DNA of 64,000 nt from the NCBI GenBank assembly GCA_038245845.1, contig JBBRRZ010000003.1, positions 42,871 to 106,870 of the forward strand. The letters run 5' to 3'. A program made the translations under genes and the position numbers. This document shows positions 15,463-28,590 of the stretch, piece by piece (within the stretch, counting starts at the first letter, position 1; each line of letters opens with the position of its first letter). The DNA comes from Candidatus Limnocylindrales bacterium (GTDB lineage: Bacteria; Chloroflexota; Limnocylindria; Limnocylindrales; CSP1-4). The notes beneath the pieces were generated by a model that worked only from the letters and a program-made list of their open reading frames with translations, was not told the DNA's origin and did not search any database.

Positions 15463-16523
15463 TGGACCTCCTCGTCCTCGCGATTGCCTTCCTCGTGATC
15501 CTTGCGGGCGCGGAGCTGTTCACGAACGGCATCGAGTGGTTCGGGCGCAAGCTCGAGCTCGCCGAGGGCGCGGTCGGGTCGGTCCTCGCCGCCGTGGGGA
15601 CAGCGCTGCCGGAGACGATGATCCCGATCATCGCGATCGCGTTCGGCGGTCGCGGCGCGGCGACGGATGACGTCGGCGTGGGTGCGATCCTCGGCGCGCC
15701 GTTCATGCTCTCGACGCTCGCGATGTTCGTCACGGGTGTCGGCGTCCTGGCATTCCGCCGCCGCCGCGCCACCGGCACCCGGATGGTCGTCGACACGACG
15801 GTCCTCGTCCACGACATCCGCTACTTCGTCGTCGCCTACGCGCTGGCGATCAGCGCCGCATTCCTGCCCGAGAGCCTCTCGTTCCTCAAGTACGTCGTGG
15901 CCATCGTCCTGATCGGCATCTACGTCTACTACGTCAAGGGGCACTTCGACGCCGAGGCGGGCGAGAACGAGAGCGAGCTCCCGCTGCTGCGCTTCCGGCG
16001 GGCCGACCGGCGCGCCTTTCGGCGTGACCCGGCGGTCCCGCGCCTGCGCATCGTCAGCCTCCAGGTCCTGTTCGCGCTCGGCTGCATCGTCGGCGGGGCG
16101 TTCCTGTTCGTCGGTGCCGTGGACCGGCTCGCGGCCTCCCTCGGTGTGAGCGAGCTCCTCCTCGCGCTCGTCATCGCCCCGATCGCCACGGAGCTGCCCG
16201 AGAAGTTCAACTCGCTGATCTGGGTCCGGCAGGGCAAGGACACCCTCGCGATGGGCAACATCACGGGCGCGATGGTCTTCCAGTCCGCCATCCCGACGGT
16301 GGTCGCACTCGTGCTGGCCGGCAGCGCGTGGCGCGTCACCCAGGACTCGGGCCTTGCCTTCGCGTCCGCCGGCATCGCGTTCCTCGCCGTGGCGGCGATC
16401 TTCGTCCCGATGTGGCGCCACGCACGCCTGGACGGGCGGGCGCTCCTCGTGGGCGGGGCCCTGTACCTGCTCTATGTCGGCCTGGTCGTGGGCACGATCG
16501 TCGGGTTTCTGCCGCTCGGCTGA
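15462..16523 (+). CDS. CaCA-family sodium/calcium (cation) exchanger membrane protein
   Basis: Internal ATG (MDLLVLAIAFLVILAGAELF) overlapping the previous stop. Alpha-repeat motifs GTALPET and ATELPEK. Confidence 0.85.
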   Translation: MDLLVLAIAFLVILAGAELFTNGIEWFGRKLELAEGAVGSVLAAVGTALPETMIPIIAIAFGGRGAATDDVGVGAILGAPFMLSTLAMFVTGVGVLAFRRRRATGTRMVVDTTVLVHDIRYFVVAYALAISAAFLPESLSFLKYVVAIVLIGIYVYYVKGHFDAEAGENESELPLLRFRRADRRAFRRDPAVPRLRIVSLQVLFALGCIVGGAFLFVGAVDRLAASLGVSELLLALVIAPIATELPEKFNSLIWVRQGKDTLAMGNITGAMVFQSAIPTVVALVLAGSAWRVTQDSGLAFASAGIAFLAVAAIFVPMWRHARLDGRALLVGGALYLLYVGLVVGTIVGFLPLG

Positions 16524-16590
16524 GGCACCGGCACGGGCCGTCCGGCGGGCGGGGCGGGCCGTTCGGCCGACGAGTCGTGGCGGGACCGCG

Positions 16591-16599
16591 TGCTAGACT
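16591..16599 (+). promoter_or_regulatory. Putative extended -10 (TGCTAGACT) upstream of ilvE
   Basis: TGnTAnnnT element about 60 nt upstream of the ilvE ATG. Confidence 0.4.
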
Positions 16600-16657
16600 C
16601 GGGCCCCGAATTGCGGCACCCGCGGCCACGCGCCGCATGCGACCTGGAGCCGACCAG

Positions 16658-17635
16658 ATGCTCACCCAGCAGCCGTCCGCCACCGACGCGCCCGAGGCGG
16701 CGCCCACGCCTCGCAGCCTCGAGGACCTCATCGCCTACTTCGAGGGCGACTACGTCCCGATGCGCGACGCGAAGGTCAGCATCATGACCCACGCGTTCAT
16801 GTACGGGACCGCGACCTTCGAGGGCATCCGCGGCTACTGGAACGCGGAGCAAGGCCGTCTGCACGTCCTGTTCGTGCACGAGCACGCGGAGCGGATCCTG
16901 AACAGCGCGAAGATGCTGCTGATGGACAACCTGCCGACGACAGACGAGCTGGTCGCGATCATCCTCGAGACGGTGCGCCGCAACGGGTTCGCGGAGGACG
17001 TGTACGTCCGACCCTCGTTCTACAAGAGCACGAAGGCGATCGGCGTCCGACTGCACCACCTGGAGAACGAGCTCTACGTCATCGCGACGCCGTTCGGGAA
17101 CTACATCGACATCGAGAAGGGCGTCCGGGTCATGACGTCGTCCTGGCGGCGGAACGCCGACGAAGCGCTGCCGGCCCGCGGGAAGATCGTCGGCGGCTAC
17201 GTGAACATGGCATTCCAGAAGTCGGAGGCGGAGCTCAACGGCTTCGACGAGGCCCTGGTCCTGACCCCGTCCGGGCACGCCTCCGAGGGCTCTGCAGCAA
17301 ATCTGTTCATGGTCCGCGATGGCGTACTCCTGACCCCGCCCGTGTCCGATGACATCCTCGAAGGTGTCACGCGCAAGGCGATCATGGCGCTCGCGAAGGA
17401 CCTCGAGATCCCGGTCGAGATCCGCTCGATCGACCGCTCGGAGCTGTACATCTGCGACGAGGTGTTCCTGTGCGGGACCGGCGTCCAGGTGAGCCCGGTG
17501 ATCGAGGTCGACCATCGCCCGGTCGGGACGGGTGCTGTCGGCCCGATCACCCGCCAGCTCAGCGAACGCTACTTCGCGGCCGTGCGGGGCACGATGCCCG
17601 AGTACCAGCGCTGGCTGACCTCGCTCGAGGGCTAG
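16658..17635 (+). CDS. ilvE: Branched-chain amino acid aminotransferase (class IV)
   Basis: Internal ATG (MLTQQPSATD). FEGIRGYW, YVRPSFY and EGSAANLFMV motifs. Confidence 0.9.
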   Translation: MLTQQPSATDAPEAAPTPRSLEDLIAYFEGDYVPMRDAKVSIMTHAFMYGTATFEGIRGYWNAEQGRLHVLFVHEHAERILNSAKMLLMDNLPTTDELVAIILETVRRNGFAEDVYVRPSFYKSTKAIGVRLHHLENELYVIATPFGNYIDIEKGVRVMTSSWRRNADEALPARGKIVGGYVNMAFQKSEAELNGFDEALVLTPSGHASEGSAANLFMVRDGVLLTPPVSDDILEGVTRKAIMALAKDLEIPVEIRSIDRSELYICDEVFLCGTGVQVSPVIEVDHRPVGTGAVGPITRQLSERYFAAVRGTMPEYQRWLTSLEG

Positions 17636-17681
17636 CGCTCGAGCGGCGCAACCGGTGCGACGGGCGGATCGTCCGACCGGG

Positions 17682-19526
17682 TCAGCCGACCGCCTCGATT
17701 TTGAGGTCCGGGGCGTCCGTGCCAAGCGTGATCACGATGTCCGTGACGATCTTCGGGTCCGTCGCGAGCGTGGCCTTCACGCCGTACAGCTTCTCGAGGT
17801 ACGCAATCGAGTCCGTGAGGTCCGCCTCGGCGCCGTTGTAGACGACGATCTTCGTCGTCGGCGGTCGGGCGTCCACGCGTTGGTTCGGCGCGGACGCGTC
17901 CAGGCCCTGGTAGGCGAGGTAGTCCGAGGTGGTGCTGCCGAATGTGCTATGTCCCGAGCCGTTGAGGACCCACACGGTGGCGCCCTCCGCCTCGAGCCGG
18001 TCACGCTGGGCGAGGAGCTCGGGCGTGACGGTGAACGCGCCGTTGACGGCGCTCCGGATGCGCGCGACGTTGGGGGTGATGATGTAGCCGCGGGCGGAGT
18101 TCGGGAACTCGGTCGCGTAGAACGGCGGCGCAAACACGAACGAGCGGATGTCCTTCGTGTCGACGCCCTCGGCGAGCGCAAGCAGCTTGGGCAGGTCCCG
18201 CGTCTTGACATCGGTCTTCACCGAGTCCTTGAGCGCGTCGATGAGCGCCGGCAGGTTGGCGATGATCGCCTGGGCGTTCATCTGCTCCCGGAGCGACAGG
18301 AGGACCCGCTGCTGGCGCCGGCCGCGGTCGAAGTCGCCACCCAGGGAGTTGTGGCGAGACCGGGCATAGATCAGCGCCTCCGAGCCATCCATGTGCTGCG
18401 GCCCAGCGCCGAAGTAGATCCGGCCGAGCGCGCCCTGTCCGACGGGATACGTGCTCTCCGTGACCGGGATCTGGACGTTGATCTGGACGCCGCCGAGGAC
18501 GTTCACGACCTTGCGGAAGCCGTTGAAGTTGACCATCACGTAATAGCGGATGTCCAGCCCGTAGAGCTCGCCCAGGAGGCCCTTGAGCGCGGCGAACCCG
18601 CGCGCACTGTCGGACTTGCCGGGCCACAGGTCTGAGCGCTTCCGGTTCTGCAAGTACCAGCTGTTGATCTTGCCCTGGTAGACGCTTCCCCAGACCGACC
18701 GCGCGCTTGCCGGGACGGGCACGTCCGCCATGTCCCGCGGCACCTGGAACATCGCGACCTGGCCCGTTGTCGGGTCGACCGAGACGACGATCAGCGTGTC
18801 GGTGTTGAAGGTGTTCTCGCCCGGGCGCTGGTCGGAGCCGACCATGAGGACGTTGAGCCGTTCCTTGCCGTCCCACGGCGGCAGGGTCGCTGCCGGGGTG
18901 CCGGTCGTCCCGGTGCCCTCGGGCGTGGGCAGGGGTACGTCGGTCTGCGTTGGCTCGGCGCTGGTGCCCGGCTCCTGGCTGCCGTCGGGGGCGAGCGTCT
19001 CGCCCGGGGACGGGCTGGCGTCGGCGCTCTCGCAGCTGGGATCGGGGTCCTCGTTGAAGACGCACTGCACGAGGTCCAGGGCAAGCAGGTTGTAGCGGGC
19101 GAGGGCGGCGTGGGCGCCGCCCATCACGAGTACCACTGCAAGCAGCCCCGCGACCGAGACGGGGCTCAGCGAGAGGCGGGCCCGGCCGACGCGTCCGCCA
19201 CCGGACGCGTCGCGCGTGTTGAGGAACCGGGCGACGTTCCACGCGTCGACCGCCGCGATGCTGCGGTAGATGAGCGCGCCGACGTTGACGATGAACAGGG
19301 CCTGGAGGACCGTCGCCTGGGCGAAGAAGGCGACGAGGTCCGTGCGGTCCGCGCGCAGGACGATGCCAGCGACGAGCGCCAGCAGGAGGAGCGGGGCCGC
19401 CGCAAAGGCCAGCGCGCGCGCGTACGCACCCGCATAGGCGTGTCCGAGGCCCGGGAAGAGCAGTGACAGGAACGCCGACGCGAACGCTGACCGCGTGCGG
19501 GGGCCCGGTGTCTGGGGGTGCGACAT
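17682..19526 (-). CDS. LytR-CpsA-Psr (LCP) family cell-envelope protein with an N-terminal multi-TM region and a LytR_C-like C-terminus
   Basis: Start at MSHPQTPG (ATG 19526). LNVLMVGSDQRPG...NTDTLIVVSVDP and ALIYARSRH LCP motifs. Pro/Thr/Glu-rich linker. Confidence 0.85.
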   Translation of the reverse strand: MSHPQTPGPRTRSAFASAFLSLLFPGLGHAYAGAYARALAFAAAPLLLLALVAGIVLRADRTDLVAFFAQATVLQALFIVNVGALIYRSIAAVDAWNVARFLNTRDASGGGRVGRARLSLSPVSVAGLLAVVLVMGGAHAALARYNLLALDLVQCVFNEDPDPSCESADASPSPGETLAPDGSQEPGTSAEPTQTDVPLPTPEGTGTTGTPAATLPPWDGKERLNVLMVGSDQRPGENTFNTDTLIVVSVDPTTGQVAMFQVPRDMADVPVPASARSVWGSVYQGKINSWYLQNRKRSDLWPGKSDSARGFAALKGLLGELYGLDIRYYVMVNFNGFRKVVNVLGGVQINVQIPVTESTYPVGQGALGRIYFGAGPQHMDGSEALIYARSRHNSLGGDFDRGRRQQRVLLSLREQMNAQAIIANLPALIDALKDSVKTDVKTRDLPKLLALAEGVDTKDIRSFVFAPPFYATEFPNSARGYIITPNVARIRSAVNGAFTVTPELLAQRDRLEAEGATVWVLNGSGHSTFGSTTSDYLAYQGLDASAPNQRVDARPPTTKIVVYNGAEADLTDSIAYLEKLYGVKATLATDPKIVTDIVITLGTDAPDLKIEAVG

Positions 19527-19659
19527 CGCGCGGAATGATACGTCGCGAGGCGATTTCGGGCTTGCCGGAGCTCGCTGACGCGCGACGGGCCCGCGTTCCC
19601 TATCCTTGGAGCCCGCCACGCGCCCAGCCCAGGCGTGCCCGCTCATCCGCCGAGGCCCG

Positions 19660-22998
<3,339 letters not shown>

Positions 22999-23003
22999 CG
23001 GTG

Positions 23004-23630
23004 ATGCCGTCCGGCCCCGGCGCCGCCGGGGACGCCCAGGCAGGCATCCGGCCCGACGAGCCCCGGGACGACGACCTCGAGATCGTTGACGACGAGGGAG
23101 CAGGGAAGACGGCCACCGGCGCGCCTCCGGTCGCGTGGCGTGGGCCGTCTCCGCGACGCTGGATCCTGTTCGCGGCGATCGCCGCGCTCATCGTCCTCAT
23201 CGACCAGGCCGCGAAGGGCTGGGTGGCGGCGACGCTGCCCAACGTCGGCGACGGCATGCAGGTCATCGGCGACTGGCTGCGGATCGTGCACTGGCGGAAC
23301 TCTGGCGCGCTGTTCGGGCTCCTGCCCCAGTCGGCGACGGCCTTCGCGCTCGTCTCACTGGGCGTCGCGGCGCTGATCGTCGTCTACCACGCGAAGGCCG
23401 GCCGGGGGATCGTCACGACGATCGCGCTTGCGCTCCTCCTCGGCGGTGCCATCGGCAACCTGCTCGACCGGCTCAACTACGGGTCCGTGCTGGACTTCGT
23501 CGACATGGGCATCGGCACCTGGCGGTTCTACACCTACAACCTCGCCGACGCGGCGATCACGACCGCGATCATCATGCTCATCGTGATGGCGATCTTCCCG
23601 CGGACGGCGGAGTGGGGGACCGATGCCTGA
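23004..23630 (+). CDS. lspA: Lipoprotein signal peptidase II
   Basis: NSGALFGL, GGAIGNLLDRL and VLDFVD motifs. Start uncertain: ATG at 23004, or GTG at 22995 overlapping the ileS stop. Confidence 0.88.
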   Translation: MPSGPGAAGDAQAGIRPDEPRDDDLEIVDDEGAGKTATGAPPVAWRGPSPRRWILFAAIAALIVLIDQAAKGWVAATLPNVGDGMQVIGDWLRIVHWRNSGALFGLLPQSATAFALVSLGVAALIVVYHAKAGRGIVTTIALALLLGGAIGNLLDRLNYGSVLDFVDMGIGTWRFYTYNLADAAITTAIIMLIVMAIFPRTAEWGTDA

Positions 23631-24711
23631 CCCGGCCGACGACGCGATCCTCGTGGACCCGCTCGAGGAGCTCATCGAGGACGAGCCCGACGATGGGCTC
23701 GACGATGACCCGGGCCTGCCCCCGGAGGTCCACGCGCCCTCGATCGAGCCCGGCCCGCGGACCCTCCACGTGCCCGACGGGGAGATCATCCGCCGGGTGG
23801 ACCGCTTCGTGGCCGATCGGACGGGGCTGTCGCGCTCGTACGTCCAGAAGCTCATCAGCGAGGGCCTCCTCGTCGACCACACAGGCCGCCGGCTGCGCGC
23901 GAACTCGGAGCTCCGCGGTGGCAGCGTGACCCTCGAGGTGCCGCCGCCCGAGATCCCGTACCACCTCGAGCCGGACCCAACGATCCCCGTGGACGTCGTG
24001 TACGAGGACGACGACCTGCTGATCGTCAACAAGCCGTCGGGGCTGGTGGTCCACCCGGCGCCGGGTCACTGGCGCGGGACGCTCGTCAACGCGCTCCTCG
24101 CGCGCGGCGACCACTGGGGCGGGATCGCGGGCGTCGCGCGGCCCGGGATCGTCCATCGCCTGGACCGCGACACGTCAGGGCTGATCATCGTCGCCCGCAA
24201 CGACGCCGCCCAGGCCGGCGTGATGGCGCAGCTCAAGGCGCGTCGGGTGCGCAAGACATACCTCGCGCTCGTCCAGGGTCCGGTCGCCGCCGCGGTCGGG
24301 CGGATCGAGGCGCCGATCGGGCGCGATCCGAAGGACCGCAAGCGGATGGCCGTCGTGCCGGACGGACGCCGTGCGGTCACCGGCTACCGCGTCCGCGAGC
24401 GGTTCGCCGAGTGGACGCTCCTCGAGCTGGACCTCATCACGGGCCGCACCCACCAGATCCGCGTCCACCTCGCGGCGCTCGGGCACTCCGTCGCCGGCGA
24501 CCCGGTCTACGGCACGGGAACGGCGCGCAAGGGACCCGACGGCCTCGAACGGCTGTTCCTCCACGCGTGGCGGCTGGAGCTCGTCTCGCCGCGGAGCGCG
24601 AAGCTCATCCGGGTCGAGGCACCGCTGCCCCCGGCGCTGGAGACCGTGCTCGACGGGCTGCGGGCGGCCGAGCAGTCCGCAGGACGACGACCGCAGGGCG
24701 GCCCTGCGTGA
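23623..24711 (+). CDS. rluD: RluA-family 23S rRNA pseudouridine synthase (RluD-like) with an acidic N-terminal extension
   Basis: S4 domain (RVDRFVADRTGLSRSYVQKLI), catalytic HRLDRDTSGLIIVA, and GRTHQIRVH. Confidence 0.9.
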   Translation: MPDPADDAILVDPLEELIEDEPDDGLDDDPGLPPEVHAPSIEPGPRTLHVPDGEIIRRVDRFVADRTGLSRSYVQKLISEGLLVDHTGRRLRANSELRGGSVTLEVPPPEIPYHLEPDPTIPVDVVYEDDDLLIVNKPSGLVVHPAPGHWRGTLVNALLARGDHWGGIAGVARPGIVHRLDRDTSGLIIVARNDAAQAGVMAQLKARRVRKTYLALVQGPVAAAVGRIEAPIGRDPKDRKRMAVVPDGRRAVTGYRVRERFAEWTLLELDLITGRTHQIRVHLAALGHSVAGDPVYGTGTARKGPDGLERLFLHAWRLELVSPRSAKLIRVEAPLPPALETVLDGLRAAEQSAGRRPQGGPA

Positions 24712-25337
24712 CCACGCCCGGGGTGCTCGAGGGCGACGCGGGCGCGCTCCTCGTGATCATCAGCGGGCCATCCGGGGTGGGCAAGGACACGATCATCGAC
24801 GCCCTCCGCGATCGGCCGCGCGAGCCCGACTATCACTACGTCGTCACGTGCACGACACGCGCGCCACGGCCGGGTGAGATCCCGGGCGTTTCCTACCAGT
24901 TCCTTACAGGGACGGCGTTCCACGCGCTGCGTGAAGCGGGCGAGCTGCTCGAGGCGAACGAGGTCCACGGGAACTGGTACGGGACCCCCCGGCGCGATGT
25001 TGCCACCGCGCTCGCGGACGGCCATGACGTCATCCTCAAGATCGACGTCCAGGGCGCCCGGGTCGTCAAGGGCCGCGTTCCGGAGGCACTCCTCGTGTTC
25101 ATCGTCCCGCCGTCCCTCGAGGCGCTCTTCCAGCGGCTTCGATCGCGGGCCACCGAGACGGCCGACGAGCTGGAGATCCGCCAGCGCAACGCGGCGATCG
25201 AGCTGGCGCGCCAGGGCGACTACGACGCCGTCGTCGTGAACGAGACCGGCGAGGTCGATCGAACGGCGGCGGAGATCGAGGCGATCATCGAGCAGGAGAA
25301 GCGCCGGAACGCGGACCGGCGGGTCCGGATCACGTAG
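24708..25337 (+). CDS. gmk: Guanylate kinase
   Basis: GTG overlapping the rluD stop (GTGA). P-loop ISGPSGVGKDT, and TTRAPRPGE. Confidence 0.92.
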   Translation: MTTPGVLEGDAGALLVIISGPSGVGKDTIIDALRDRPREPDYHYVVTCTTRAPRPGEIPGVSYQFLTGTAFHALREAGELLEANEVHGNWYGTPRRDVATALADGHDVILKIDVQGARVVKGRVPEALLVFIVPPSLEALFQRLRSRATETADELEIRQRNAAIELARQGDYDAVVVNETGEVDRTAAEIEAIIEQEKRRNADRRVRIT

Positions 25338-25348
25338 CGGTTGCCGCG

Positions 25349-27871
25349 ATGCTGACGCTCGATGACGCGGCGTCCGGGGCGAGCCTGCCGCTCGTCGAGG
25401 TGGCGGTCGACGCGCCCGGCGGGCCGGGCCCACGCAGGTACTCCTACCTTGTCCCGCCCGACCTCCACGACCTCGAGCGCGGGGAGGCCGTCCTCGTGCC
25501 GTTCGGCAAGGGCGGTCGACAGGCGATCGGCGTCATCCTCGGGCCGGGCGTTGCGCCCGTATCGTCGACCGCGGAGCTGCGACCCATTGCCGCCCGGATC
25601 CGGTCCGACGGACCGCTGCTGCCACCGTTGGCCCTCACCTTCGCCTCGCTCCTGGCCGACCGCTATCTCGCGCCCCTTGCCACGGTCATCCGGGCCATGC
25701 TCCCGCCGGGGATGCTCGAGCGCCTCGAGCTGGTCGCGGAGGTGACCCCCGCGGGCGAGGCGCGGCTGTCGCTGCCGGACCCGGACCTGCCGGCGGTGGA
25801 GCTCGATCTCCTCGACGAGCTGGCCGGTCGGGCGCGGCCGGTCCGCGACCTCGCGACGCCCGAGGGCCGGGCGGCGCTGCTCCGGCGGTTGCGCGCGCTC
25901 GCGGCAGACGGCCTCGTGGAGCTCACGTGGACGCTCCTCGGGGCGGCGCTCGGGCCGCGCTACGAACGCCGCCTGTGGCTCACCGACGCCGGGATCTCTG
26001 CCGCGCGGGCGATCGGGGCGGGGGCGAAGGTCCCGGGACGACCCCTCGGGCCGCACCAGCGTGACGCGCTCGCAGAGCTGGCCGCGCCGTCCGGCCCGGC
26101 CACGCCCGACCTGGCTGAACCGGATGGCGTGCCCGCCGCCCTCCTCGCCGATCGCCACGGCGCCTCGTCCATCGCCGGCCTCGTCCGGCGCGGCCTTGTC
26201 AGGGCGGAGGTCCGGGAGCGTCCGCGGCGGCCGCTAACGAACCGGCCCGTCGGCGTGCGCGGTGCCCGGCCCGTGGGCTCGGCGTTCAGCGCCGACCAGG
26301 AGGCGGCGCTCGCGATCGTGCTCGGCGCCATCGAACGTCGCGATCCCACGCCGATCCTGCTTGACGGGGTGACCGGCGGCGGCAAGACGGCAATCTACGT
26401 GGAGGCGATCGCGGCGTCGCTCGCGGCCGGCCGTCCGGCGCTGCTGCTCGTGCCGGAGATCGCCCTCGCGACGCCCATCGTGGACCGCCTCCGCGCCGAC
26501 CTGCCCGTCCGGATCGCCGTGCTCCACTCCGCCCTGGGCGAGGGTGAGCGTGGTGACGAGTGGCGACGGATCCGGGCGGGCGACGTGGACCTCGTGGTGG
26601 GGACGAGGACGGCCCTCCTCGCGCCCATCGGCGACGTCGGCGTCATCGTCGTCGACGAGGAGCACGAGGCTGCGTACAAGAGCGACCGGACCCCGCGCTT
26701 CCAGGCACGCGATGCGGCGGTCGAGCTCGGCCGGCTCGCGGGTGCGGCGGTCGTCCTGGGCAGCGCCACCCCGTCGGTCGAGAGCATGGGCCATGCACGC
26801 TCGGGCCGCTACCGTCGCTCGGTGCTGCCGGTGCGCGCGGCCGGCACCGAGCCGATCGTGACGGCGGTCGACATGCGCGCCGAGCTCGCCGCGGGCAACC
26901 GCGGCCTGTTCTCGGACGCGCTCGGGGCCGCGCTCGGAGCGCTCGACACGGAGCGCGGGGACCGGGCGATCCTCGTGCTCAACCGGCGCGGGACGGCGTC
27001 CGTGGTGGTGTGCCGCGATTGCGGGACGGTCCAGGCCTGTCCGGACTGCGACCGGCCGCTCGTCTACCACCAGGCGGGGACGACGCTGCGCTGCCACCAC
27101 TGCGGGCGCGCGTGGCCCCCGGCTGTCCGCTGCCCGTCGTGTGCCTCGCCGCGGATCCGCTATCTCGGCGGCGGGACCGAGCGGGTCGAGCGAGAGGTGC
27201 GTGACCGCTTCCCCCAGCTCCGCGTCGGCCGCCTCGACCGCGATGTCGTCGAGCGCAAGGGCGCTGCGGACCGCGTCCTGGACGCGTTCGCCGCCGGCCG
27301 CCTCGATGTCCTCGTGGGGACGAGCCTCGTCGCGAAGGGGCTCGACGTGCCCGAGGTGACGCTGGTGGGTGTTGTATCGGCCGACATCGCGCTCAACCTG
27401 CCCGATGAGCGAGCGTCGGAGCGCACCTACCAGCTGCTTGCCCAGGCCGTGGGTCGGGCCGGCCGCGGCGACCTGCCGGGGATCGCGTTCATCCAGACCT
27501 ATCGCCCGGACCATCGTGCGATCCGTGCGGTCGTGGACGGCGAGGCCGCCGCCTTCTACGACGAGGAGCTCGAGCTCCGCGAGCGCTTCGGCTCGCCGCC
27601 CTTCGGTCGGCTCGTCAAGCTCACGGTGGGCCTCGCCGACCGTGAGGCCGCGGAGCAGGAGGCGACAGCCATGGCCGAGCGGTTGCGCGAGCGCGCGAGC
27701 GACCTCGGGCTGGCCGTCCAGGTCGTCGGGCCGGCGCCCGCATACGTCGCCCGCCGCGCGGAACGGTGGCGGTACAACGTGGTGCTCCGTGGCGCGGACC
27801 CGGTAGCGCTCCTCGACCCGCCACCCGGTTCGCCCTGGTCGGTCGACGTGGACCCGGAGTCGCTGCTCTAG
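25349..27871 (+). CDS. priA: Primosomal protein N' (replication restart helicase PriA)
   Basis: LLDGVTGGGKTAIY Walker A, VVDEEHE, Cys-rich zinc region CRDCG...CPDCD...CHHCG...CPSC. Confidence 0.93.
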   Translation: MLTLDDAASGASLPLVEVAVDAPGGPGPRRYSYLVPPDLHDLERGEAVLVPFGKGGRQAIGVILGPGVAPVSSTAELRPIAARIRSDGPLLPPLALTFASLLADRYLAPLATVIRAMLPPGMLERLELVAEVTPAGEARLSLPDPDLPAVELDLLDELAGRARPVRDLATPEGRAALLRRLRALAADGLVELTWTLLGAALGPRYERRLWLTDAGISAARAIGAGAKVPGRPLGPHQRDALAELAAPSGPATPDLAEPDGVPAALLADRHGASSIAGLVRRGLVRAEVRERPRRPLTNRPVGVRGARPVGSAFSADQEAALAIVLGAIERRDPTPILLDGVTGGGKTAIYVEAIAASLAAGRPALLLVPEIALATPIVDRLRADLPVRIAVLHSALGEGERGDEWRRIRAGDVDLVVGTRTALLAPIGDVGVIVVDEEHEAAYKSDRTPRFQARDAAVELGRLAGAAVVLGSATPSVESMGHARSGRYRRSVLPVRAAGTEPIVTAVDMRAELAAGNRGLFSDALGAALGALDTERGDRAILVLNRRGTASVVVCRDCGTVQACPDCDRPLVYHQAGTTLRCHHCGRAWPPAVRCPSCASPRIRYLGGGTERVEREVRDRFPQLRVGRLDRDVVERKGAADRVLDAFAAGRLDVLVGTSLVAKGLDVPEVTLVGVVSADIALNLPDERASERTYQLLAQAVGRAGRGDLPGIAFIQTYRPDHRAIRAVVDGEAAAFYDEELELRERFGSPPFGRLVKLTVGLADREAAEQEATAMAERLRERASDLGLAVQVVGPAPAYVARRAERWRYNVVLRGADPVALLDPPPGSPWSVDVDPESLL

Positions 27872-28020
27872 GAGTGCCGGTCACCATGCGCTCTGGCCCG
27901 TTCCTTTCGCTCGCGCGACAGGCAAGCGCGGCCTGGTGGCACGCGCACGAATCGGCAACGGGGCGACAATGGGGGTGATCGCAACGCCGTCCGCACACGC
28001 TGCCACGAGGAGGCACCACC

Positions 28021-28494
28021 ATGACCGACCAGGATCCCACCCAGACCCCGCCGCCCGCAGACGGGTTCACCGGGGAGCCCACCGCAGACGAGCCCACGGC
28101 CGCCGCCCAGGGCGGTAGCGAGGGCTCCACGAACGCCCGCGCGCGAGAGTGGCTGTCCCAGCTCGAGGCGATGATCCAGGACATCGCGACGCAGGCGGCA
28201 CCCGTCGCCCGCCAGGTGGCCGCGAAGGCCGCCGAGCTGACCGCCGTCGCTGCCGTCAAGGCGGGGCCGCTCGCCCACAAGGCCGCCGAGGTCACGACCG
28301 ACGCCGGCCACAAGCTCGCCGAGCGGGCGCAGAGCCTCGCGTCCGAGCTCCGCGGAGAGGCGCCCAGCGCGCCTGCCGAGGACGTGGCGTGGGACGATGC
28401 CCCCGGCGCCGCCTCCGATGCACCGATGCCCGAGGCGACGACCGGGGACGCGACCTCGAGCACGGACGGGACCACGCCCGGCGGGTCCATCTAG
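28021..28494 (+). CDS. Hypothetical protein: low-complexity termini flanking an Ala-rich amphipathic helical core
   Basis: Strong SD (GAGGAGG) 6 nt upstream of the ATG. G/C at almost all third positions. Own terminator downstream. No family recognised. Confidence 0.7.
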   Translation: MTDQDPTQTPPPADGFTGEPTADEPTAAAQGGSEGSTNARAREWLSQLEAMIQDIATQAAPVARQVAAKAAELTAVAAVKAGPLAHKAAEVTTDAGHKLAERAQSLASELRGEAPSAPAEDVAWDDAPGAASDAPMPEATTGDATSSTDGTTPGGSI

Positions 28495-28540
28495 GCGTCA
28501 GGCCCGCGGCCGTCGGCGGCCGCCGCCAGCGCACCGACGA

Positions 28541-28574
28541 CCGCCCGTCCCCGCGTGGGGCCGGGCGGTTGTTG
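28541..28574 (+). terminator. Hairpin terminator after the hypothetical gene
   Basis: CCGCCCGTCCCC GCGT GGGGCCGGGCGG (one mismatch), followed by TTGTTG. Confidence 0.55.
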
Positions 28575-28582
28575 CGTATACT
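28573..28582 (+). promoter_or_regulatory. Putative -10 (TGCGTATACT) giving a near-leaderless def-fmt transcript
   Basis: TATACT ends 8 nt before the def ATG. No SD in between. Confidence 0.4.
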
Positions 28583-28590
28583 CCGCGACC

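Noticed and set aside
19527-19659. Possible T-box riboswitch upstream of ileS.
   Set aside because: The gap is only 133 nt. I could not find the conserved T-box sequence (..GGGTGGTACCGCG..) or a specifier-loop arrangement. This was not tested with a covariance model.
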